Assembly: GCF_009914755.1 (NCBI RefSeq) | Contig: NC_060929.1 | DNA length: 64,000 nucleotides | Source of the DNA: the human T2T-CHM13v2.0 reference genome, Homo sapiens | Strand: one strand, 5' to 3' | Shown here: positions 28,141-39,605 of the stretch, one piece after another | Position numbering within the stretch: position 1 is the stretch's first letter | Layout of the letters: each line of letters starts with the position of its first letter | Position numbers and translations under genes: made by a program | The notes under the pieces: model-generated | The model's input: only the letters and a program-made list of their open reading frames with translations | What the model was told of the DNA's origin: nothing | Database searches by the model: none

Positions 28141-28792
28141 TATGTGTGTCGGATGATGTCCCTGGCTGTGTGTGGGGATGTGTGTGTGGGGAGAGGGGTG
28201 GGTGTGTGTGTGTGTCGGATGAAGTCCCTGGCTGTGTGTGGGGATGTGTGTGTGTGTGTGTGTGTGTCAGATGATGTCCCTGGCTGTGTGTGGGGATGTG
28301 TGTGTGTGTGTGTGTGTGTGTGTGTCGGATGATGTCCCTGGCTGTGTGTGGGGATGTGTGTGTGTGTGTGTGTGTGTGTGTGTCGGATGATGTCCCTGGC
28401 TGTGTGTGGGGATGTGTGTGTGGGGAGAGGGGTGGGTGGGTGTGTGTGTCGGATGATGTCCCTGGCTGTGTGTGGGGATGTGTGTGTGTGTGTGTGTGGG
28501 GATGTGTGTGTGTGTGTCGGATGATGTCCCTGGCTGTGTGTGGGGATGTGTGTGTGTGTCGGATGATGTCCCTGGCTGTGTGTGTGTGTGGGTGTGCGTG
28601 TGTGGGTGTGTGTGTGTGTGTGTCGGATGATGTCCCTGGCTGTGTGTGGGGATGTGTGTATGTGGGGGGGAGGGGGTGTGTCGGATGATGTCTCTGGCTG
28701 TGTGTGGGGATGTGTGTGTGGGGATGTGTGGGTGTGTGTGGGTGTGTGGGGGTGTGTCTGTGTGTGTGGGTGTGTGTGTCGGATGATGTCCC
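28141..28792. repeat. Second GT-rich VNTR, ~11 variable-length units anchored on GTCGGATGATGTCCCTGGCTGTGTGTGGGGA(TG)n
   Basis: Anchor recurs with variable (TG)n spacers. Confidence 0.93.
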
Positions 28793-31514
28793 CCGCTGCA
28801 GGGGCTGTAGGATTCTGTGTAGATTCACAGCAATGCCACCCTCACTGCCCTAACACCTGCTGTGATAATGAGGTAAGGCCCCTTGGCGCCTGGACGTGTC
28901 AAATGCTTGGCCTTAGTGTGTGGCCGTGGTGCCTCCAAGCACTGCGGGGCCCCAGGAGGAGCTGGGGCTGGGAAACAAGGGGAGGTAAGGCCTCCCTTGG
29001 GAAGGAAGGATCCTGTTTACTGTTTACATCTTGTTTAGGTGTCTTGTTATGGTAAACAGTAAAGAGATCCCATGTCCCGCAGGGAGACCTTACCTTGTCC
29101 CTCAAGGCTGCAGTTTGTGGCCAAGGCCTCGCACTCTCTGTGCATCGAACACCAGCATGCAGTAGGCTCAGTGCCCAGGCTGACGCTGGCCCAGCGGTGA
29201 GCACATGCGCAAAACCATGCCTGGGGCCAGGCACACAGCCGAGGCCGGGACCAAGGGCTGCAGAAGAAACAGCACAGCCCTGCGCTGCTTGCGAACAAGC
29301 TCTAGCGGGGGACGGCAGTAGATACGGATGCTGCAATTCATATATAAAGGGAGGAAACATAAATACGGTGCATGCACATTTTCTAGTTTATTCGTAAAAT
29401 GTCTCCCGACGGAATCACAGAAAACTTAAAATCAGCTGCCTCCAGGCAGGGAGCCAGCCTGAAGACACTTTCCTCTGAGTTTTGAAATAGGTGAGCACAC
29501 TAGCTATTCAAAACACCAATACATAAAACGCAAAGGCCCAGAAACTCCTTTCTCAGGTCTTTGCAGTGGAATAAAAACACAATAAAAGCAGGAAATTTCG
29601 TTCTGATTCTTCCCCAGACGGCCCCACCACAGGGACTGCATTTGCAGCTGTGTGGCAAAGCTATTTCCTCTCCTTATTTAGTGTGACAAATACGTCTGCT
29701 ACCCAAATCTCTCAAGTGCACAGGCTCAGGAGCACATTCCGTCGCCCACCCCCGGGGGACCCAGCTATGGAAGTGTCTCAACCCTTCCTGGCCCCCTACG
29801 TGCACCCGGCTTCATCCTTGGCCCCCAGGGACGGCGGCCCTTCACCTGCAGACCTCAGCCTCACCCTGTATAAAGCTCTGTCTTCCTCTGCTGCTACAAG
29901 AACCCACTGCAGATGCAGCATCAGCCAGGATGCTTCCACATCCCCCCGCGGGACCTGGGGACCTGGGTGAATGATGAACACGCGGAAGCTCACGTAGCTT
30001 GCTGTGCCGTGAGTAGTAAGCCCTTTGTCTCCGCCTCCGGGGTCTCATGTCTTCTTCCAGGGTCCACGAAACAGGAACGAGTTGTTAGCTTGCAAGAGTT
30101 AAAATCAAATCCCCCACACTCGTGTATTGGGAGGATGAAAACCTAGATGTGGAATTGCTCAGCCAAAGCACGGGCGTTTGTAATTTCAATAGTTGTTCCC
30201 AAACCTCCCAGCATTAGGGTTAGAGTCCCTCATCAGTTCCTCCTCCCCACGCCCCAGCACATAGTGTATTTCAGATATTGGTGATTTTAATTTGCATTCT
30301 TGTATCATAAGTGAGGTTTAAGAGCGATTTGCATTTCCTTTTCTGTGAACCGTGTTTACGCCTTTTGCTCATTTTTCTAGTAGATTGTTTATGTTTTGTG
30401 CCTCTTGATTTGTAAGAACTTGGAAACTAGGGAAATTAATTTTTGAATGGGTTTCAAATACTTTACCCCAGTTTTGATTTTACATATAGTGTTCTTTGCC
30501 ATGCAGAAAAAATTAAATTTGTATGAGTTGAATTTGTCGATCTTTACTTTTGTGGCTAATTTTACATCACGATTAGGAAGATCTCCCTTACTTCAAGTTT
30601 ATAGGAGAATATTCCCATTAGTTCTTCGAATACATTCCTTAAAATATATGTATTTATGTTTAAAACTTTTAAGCACTTGGGGAAGAAAGAGGAAAAAAGA
30701 GGGAAAAAAGAAAACCAGTTGTGATTTGAGGGGCAATGAAAGACAGTGAATGACTTGAATAGTCGTGAAATGTTTTCCAACTCAGACACACACCCCCACT
30801 GCACACATACAGTAGGCAAGGTGATGGAGGCTGGTGTGTCCAAGCATGGGCATCTGTGAAGGCTGCCGTGTCTTTCTCCATGGAGGGGCTGCTGGCACGT
30901 GCAGGGGTCCTGGGAACCCCTCTAGGGACCCACTCTGGGAAACTGGAGGCCAAAACACTGTTTTGATGTTGAGTCTGGGTGCCCATCCTGCACCCTCTCC
31001 TGCGGTGGGGGCCCCCTCCGCTCTGGCCATCCCAGCTGTGGCCCTTGATGCACCTGTGGGCCGTGTCCAGTGCTCTGGTCTGCCCAGCTCCTCTGTGGTG
31101 ATGGGGGATGGGTCTGTGTGTGCCCTAAATTTTGTCTGGAAGGGGTGGCTGGTAAAGGCTGTGGAGCATGCCATCGGAGGTGGAGTTGGTCTAGAACCTG
31201 CCCCTGAGAGGCCCCCACAAGCACTGAGTGCAGGGGGCAGCTGATGTGGGGGAAGCCGGGCGGCCGGCTGGGACAGCCCTCCCCTTGGCAGTGCCCTTGA
31301 CTCCCACCCAGCCTCGGTATCCTTTGGATGACATGGGTGATCCTGAATCCACAGTGCTCTCCCAGGAGTGAATGCCCTGTGCCACCAGGAGCCTGTTTGA
31401 TGCTCCTTGTCTTCTGGGATTCCCCGGAGTCCTCAGCAGGGACAGTGCCTTCAGCTCATGACACTGTGGAAGCCACAGGGATTCCCCCCCTCCTTTTTTT
31501 TTTTTTTGCATTTT

Positions 31515-33450
<1,936 letters not shown>

Positions 33451-33949
33451 TGGTTTGAGTGTCTTTTGTTAGGTTTGTTCACAGGCATTGCATATTTTGG
33501 GGCGTCTCTTTCCGCCTGAGCTGGCTTGGTGCACCTCCCACACCTGTTTCTGTGCTGATGGGCGTTGGTGAATCCTCCTGCGAGTCTCCTCTGCCCTGGA
33601 GTGAACTGGAGCTTCTCCTGCACGCCCTCAGGGCTTCTAGGCTTCTCGTATCCTGTCCGTGGCCTGTGTCCTCCTGGCTGTCCTCTCCCCACTGCCTTCG
33701 GCCATCTCTCCCATCTCTCTGGCGCCCCCATTCTGTGGCCTCTCCCAGCTGCTGTCTGCCCACTAGGTGCTCCCCTTGTTTTCTGGGGAGGTCTTAGGTG
33801 TCCTTCACTGACAGGTGGGCCCCTCCAGCCAGGGGATGCCAGTGCACACGAGAGCAGGTCCAGGTCATCCCCAATTCTCCCGCCTATTTACATCTTGGCT
33901 AGCAGCTTCAGTAATTTTTGGTGGGTGCAACATTAAAAAAAAAAAAAAA

Positions 33950-34912
33950 GAAGTGGAAAGGTAACCAAAGATAAGACAAAGAATGGGAGAAAATAAATAG
34001 AAATCGTGTACTCAATAAGGGCCTGGTATCCAGAGTAGTTAAAGAATCCTTACAACTCAAAAACAAAAAGAAAAACAACCCAATTTAAAACTGGGCAAAA
34101 GACTTGAATAGCCATTTCTCCAAAGAAAATATAAAAATGGACAACAAGCATTTGAAAAGATGCTCAACATCATAAGTCATTAGAAAAATGCAAATCAAAA
34201 CCGTAACAAAATACCACTTCACACACACCAGAATGGCTGTAATCAAAAAAACAGAAAATAATAAGTGTAGGTGAGGATGTGGAGAAACTGGAGGCCTGCT
34301 ACATTGCCGATGGGAAAGTAAAATAGCGCAGCCACCATGGAAAGCAGTTTGGTGGTGCCCCAGAAAATGAAACAGAATTAACATATGACCCAGCAACTCT
34401 ACTGCTAAGTACATGCTCAAGAGAATTGAAAGTATATATTCAAACAGAATCTTCTAGATGAGTGTTCACTGCACCGATACTCACGGCAGCCAAACAGAGG
34501 AGACAACGCAAACGTCCATCAGCAGATAGACGGATAAAGCAATGTGGCCTCTCCATACACGGGAATATTACTCAGCCCTGAAAAGGAAGGAAGCACAGAG
34601 AGCTGCAGCAGTGTGGATGAACCTTGAAAACACGAGGCTGTGAGAAAGAAGCCGGCCACAGAAGGCCACGTCTTGATTCCATTTCTACCACATGCCTTTA
34701 GTAGGAGGGTCCATGCTGAGAGCTGACTGAGGGCTGCCAGGGCTAACAGAAGGGGAATCTAGAGAGACGGCTGATGGGTAAGGGTTTCCTTCAGGGTTGG
34801 AACTAAATAGAGGTGAGGTTTGCACGGCTTAGCGACGGCCCTAAGTGACATTGAACTGTTCACTTTTAAACAGTTAGTTTCATGTTATGTGGATTATATC
34901 TCAACTGAAAAC
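33950..34912 (+). mobile_element. L1MB-like 3' end (sense)
   Basis: GAATGGGAGAAAATA...AATTTAAAACTGGGCAAAAGACTTGAATAG...AAATGCAAATCAAAACC...GGATGAACCTTGAAAACA...TTATATCTCAA. Confidence 0.82.
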
Positions 34913-35342
34913 AACTGCTCTGGGTTTGGCGCTGTCAGGCTGCTCTGTGACTGGTTTACGGCCTAGGTTGTTAGACAGTGAGAAATGGAGTTTGTGCCGC
35001 AGAGTTCCTGACAGAACAGATTGTTTCAGACTTACAGCTTGCACGTGTCAGCTCACTCATAAATGCAAACACCTTAGAAAAATAAGGAACTTCTTGACAA
35101 AAGAGACCCAAACCCCTGGAAACAGCAGGCTCACTCCTGTATGTGCCAAGGTCCCAGGAAGGGTTAGTGTGGAAAGTCAGGTGGCCTCGTTCCTGTGGTC
35201 CTGCCAGTAACTGGCCCCTGCTCAGTCTCCCCATGCATTCCCAGTGGACTCCATACTGGCTGCCATCTTTTCTTTCGCATGATTGCATGTGGAAATGATA
35301 TCTAGAACGAGATGGCAGTTGAAGTGGCTTCAGTGCAGTGAT

Positions 35343-36121
35343 GGTTAAATAGGTCAGCTGTAGGGGACAGTCACTGTGAGGTTAAATGGGTTAGCCGTAG
35401 GGGATGGTCACTCTGAGGTTAAATAGGTCAGCTGTAGGGGACGGTCACTGTGAGGTTAAATGGGTCAGCTGTAGGGGATGGTCACTCTGAGGTTAAATGG
35501 GTCAGCTGTAGGGGACGGTCACTGTGAGGTTAAATGGGTCAGCTGTAGGGGATGGTCACTCTGAGGTTAAATGGGTCAGCTGTAGGGGATGGTCACTGTG
35601 AGGTTAAATGGGTCAGCTGTAGGGGATGGTCACTCTGAGGTTAAATAGGTCAGCTGTAGGGGATGGTCACTGTGAGGTTAAATGGGTCAGCTGTAGGGGA
35701 TGGTCACTCTGAGGTTAAATAGGTCAGCTGTAGGGGATGGTCACTCTGAGTTTAAATGGGTCAGCTGTAGGGGATGGTCACTCTGAGGTTAAATAGGTCA
35801 GCTGTAGGGGACGGTCACTGTGAGGTTAAATGGGTCAGCTGTAGGGGATGGTCACTGTGAGGTTAAATGGGTCAGCTGTAGGGGATGGTCACTGTGAGGT
35901 TAAATGGGTCAGCTGTAGGGGATGGTCACTGTGAGGTTAAATGGGTCAGCCGTAGGGGATGGTCACTCTGAGGTTAAATGGGTCAGCCGTAGGGGACGGT
36001 CACTGTGAGGTTAAATGGGTCAGCTGTAGGGGATGGTCACTGTGAGGTTAAATGGGTCAGCCGTAGGGGACGGTCACTCTGAGGTTAAATGGGTCAGCTG
36101 TAGGGGATGGTCACTCTGAGG
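35343..36121. repeat. VNTR, 21 x 37 bp (GGTTAAATRGGTCAGCTGTAGGGGAYGGTCACTSTGA)
   Basis: Period 37 counted directly; 777 bp = 21 units. Confidence 0.97.
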
Positions 36122-36887
36122 TGAGAGGGTCACGCCAAGCTCCTGTCATTTTAAGGTAGGTTGGGTGAGAGGGGTCAGCTCCCTCCCTCTCTGGGCTCTG
36201 TGGTGTGGAAGCCCCACAGGTGGCCCCTTTTTGTGGGTAGAGCAGGCCTGCTCTGGCTTATTAGGAGAATTGGGTGATGGCCCTCACTGCCCCTTTGTGG
36301 GGCCCCAGAGTGGCAGGCACCTGGTCTCATTTGCCCTGGGTACTCTCCCCTCAGCCCCAGCATGTACAGGAGAAACCAAGCTCGGAGCGGCCTTGGGCAC
36401 GGCCCGGCTGATGCCAGGAGGACCTTTTCATGTTTCCTGGAATGTGTTAGGTTTTGTTTAGACACCGAGGAGTCCCCTAAGGATGCTGAATGAATGTGGC
36501 ATTTTCTATGCTCACTCCTGCCCCGCCAGCCTGGGGCCAGGCGTCCTCCTCCCTCCTCAGGGATCCGTAGTGGAGAGGTGGAGAAATGTGCCTGTCCCGC
36601 AGCTGGGGGCCGTGCCCTGTCTCCGTGCTCTGAGCTGCGGTTCTCGGGCTGGTTTGCTTCTTCTCTCTACATCCCCTCCAGATACTGAGCTGTGCTTGGC
36701 TGTTGTGCGCTGTGGTTTTTAGTGTCTATGTCTTGAGGCATGGGTGAGCTTTAGTCCTCTTCCCGTCTTTTGTCCTGGCAGCAGCGTAGATGCTCCTAGT
36801 AAGGTCACTGCAGAGGACGGTTTCCGCCCCAGGGGGCCTGTGGCTTCTGGTGGAGAAGCCCACCTGACCCAGACCATCTCCCCACAG

Positions 36888-37069
36888 GAGGCCCGCCGTG
36901 GGGGCAGAGAAGTCCAACCCCTCCAAGCGACACCGGGACCGCCTCAACGCCGAGTTGGACCACCTGGCCAGCCTGCTGCCGTTCCCGCCTGACATCATCT
37001 CCAAGCTGGACAAGCTTTCTGTCCTGCGCCTCAGTGTCAGTTACCTCCGGGTGAAGAGCTTCTTCCAAG
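36888..37069 (+). CDS. AHRR: AHRR exon 3 (182 nt), bHLH domain: [60 protein letters not shown]
   Basis: Acceptor CCCCACAG|G, donor CAAG|GTAGGA; AHR-family bHLH sequence; phases 2/1 consistent with neighbours. Confidence 0.98.
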
Positions 37070-39605
37070 GTAGGACTCTCACCTGCTCCCACCCGTTCAC
37101 TTGAGTCAGGCTGTGTCTCCCCTGAGTCCATCTGGGGCCTTGTGGCCAGGTGAAGTGTGTCTGGTGGGTTGCACCATGTGCACTCCCTTCTTCCCCCACG
37201 CTGCCCCCAGAACCTGGAGACTTGGCCCCTGGATGGGAGCTGGCTGGGCTGTGGATTTTCCCTGGGGCCAGGTCTGGCCCTAGCTGTCCTCGACACTCTC
37301 AGGGTGGGGGCCTCACCTCAGTTTGCTGGGATGGGCCAGTTTGCGCCTGGGGTCCTGGGTTTGCTGAAGCTGCGCAGCTGCTGAGGGAGGGGCTGGGGCC
37401 GTTCCTCCCCGTGCTGGGCCTCACTGGGGCTTCCCCACAGACCCCGGCTCCAGGGAATGAGGGATCGGCTTTGTGGATGAGCAGGGCTGGGCATGGTCAG
37501 GAGGCTGAGGCAGCTGACTAGGTGGGACCCGGGGGCTGCCCTGGGGTGCCGGGCGCCTCCCCCTGCCCACGCCAGGCCGTGCCCGGACACAGCTGCTGGG
37601 GCTGCCCTCTCGTGGGGAGGGGCTTCTGGGGCTCCTGCATCTCAGGTGGGGCCTCCCCAGGCCTGTGCCCTGTCTGTCCTTGGAAGCATGGCGTTTCCTT
37701 AGATTTCAGGTTATTGCTGCCCTGGGAGCTGGGATCGCTCCAGAGAACTCGCAGGTGTAGACCGTGGGGCCTTTGCTGTTGCGGGAGGGTGGGAGAGAAG
37801 CTGCTTTCAGCTTCTGTGTTGGGTGACGTGCCTGCACGTGGTTTGATTGCAGCACTTTTAGAATTAAAAACCCCGTGACCAGCAGCATGTGGCAGTTGTG
37901 CCCGGTGCCTGCACTCCTGAGTTTGAGTCAGGGTGGGGGCCTCCTCTGGGCGGGGGGCGTCTGTCTCAGGGTGCAAGAGGCTGTCAGTGCCTGGGCCCCT
38001 GCAGACCTCTGCGCACCCTCAGACACCCCCAGGGAAGGACGTGGCCCATGGGCTGCGGGAAGGAAAGTCACGGTGATGCCCAGCATCACGCACCGTGTCC
38101 TGCCAGTGCCGGCCCCACACTGAGGGTCTTCCCCGGGTCCCGGCTGGCCGCAGCCTCCATGGAAATCAAATCCCACAAAATGTTAACAGAGCTTATCTGA
38201 GTGGTGAGGTCACAGCAAGTTTTAGTTTTACATTCCAGGTTTTCTAATTTTATGTTGAAAACTATTAATTTTATATTTATCTCTGTTCCCAGCCTGGGCC
38301 TCCTGGTGCCCAGGGCTGCTGGGTGGTGTTGGACTCAGTTTACCTGAGAGACCTGGGGTTTGCCGTATGTGCAGGATGGCAGCTTTTCCAGGAGGGTTAA
38401 GATGTGGTGCAGTTGGTGTGGTCTGGTGTGGTGGAGTGGGCACCACCCTGCATGCACCTGGGCATGGGCACCAGCATGGAATTGAGGGCAGGCTCCCAGG
38501 TTTGCCTTCTGGGACACGCCTTTCATGGATGGCGCAGTGCGGCTCAGCAGCGCCAATGGCAGAGGGCAGTCCCCGTGTCTGGACAGCGCAGGAAGGGCTG
38601 GGGCAGCCGGCAGGGAGGCTTTGTCCCGAGCTGAAGACCTGTCACATCGGCTTCCTCCCACCGACACCGCACAGCCTCACCCTCTCGCTGGGAGGTTGGA
38701 GGAGAGGCCAGGTCATTTCCTCTCCGCACAGGTCCCACTGTGTCCAGCCAGGCCAGGGCTTGACGGCCTCAGAAAGTCTTCGATTCTGGTGTTTCCAGCA
38801 AGTTTGGACACCTGGCTCTTCTTAAACTGCCAGCGAGTGAGCTTCCCATCCTGCTGCCTGCCCCAAGCCGGGGCAATGGCACTGGATGGCCATCCTGTGC
38901 AGGGGCACCCTGCGTGCCTCCTGCTGCCCTGCTGGGAGGTGCCCACCTCTGCCGCAGCTGCAGTGACTCTCAGGGGCCACCGGCTTACGAGAGTGCTGCA
39001 GCTTTCAGGAATAAACTTCCTGATTTTTCTACCAAGGATTGTGAATTTTGTGATCCCCTTCAGGCTGTACATTTTAGAGGAAATTCTAAAAACTTTTCTG
39101 AAGTCATTTCCACGTATAATTAGAAACAAGTCAAGCTATAAAAGTTAGATCTTAAACTATGCCTCTTGACTTAGAGATGGGTAAGCTAATTTCATTACGG
39201 CTGCCATAAAAAGTTGCCTTTGGGAAGGACATGAACCAGGGTGATGATGGCCTGAGCATTTGCTTGTGATGTTTAATGTTAATGTGACTGTTAAGGTCGG
39301 GATTTTCCACTCTTGGTGATTTTACTATTCACACCAGGGGAAGTCAGGCACAAAATAAGAGGGAAGGAGGTGGTGAGGAGGAGACAGTCTGCTGCTGCCT
39401 TGAGAGAGCTCTCTGCCCTCCTGTTGCGGGGCATGGAGGGGAGCTGGGCCCCTTCTAGGCTGAACCCTGGTCACAGCCTGGGACGTGGGACCCTAACACT
39501 GACCAGGAAGGGTCCAGAAGCCCCGGCTCTGTTGCTGAAGCCCAGTTGTGGGTCAGGCCACCCTCCCAGAACTCCTTGGGGGTGCCTGTGTTTGCCAGGA
39601 CCCCT

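Noticed and set aside
28141-28792. Constant repeat with variable spacers (CRISPR-like) and ATGATG box-C-like motif (snoRNA array)
   Set aside because: Spacers are only (TG)n of varying length; no matching box D (CTGA) or terminal stems in the units.
24545-28828. 1427-aa minus-strand ORF rich in H/T/P
   Set aside because: It is the translation of the (CA)n-rich strand of the VNTR plus a CpG island, which lacks stop codons by composition; no domain-like sequence.
29341-29348. TATATAAA box in intron 2
   Set aside because: Isolated motif with no supporting downstream exon or initiator evidence.
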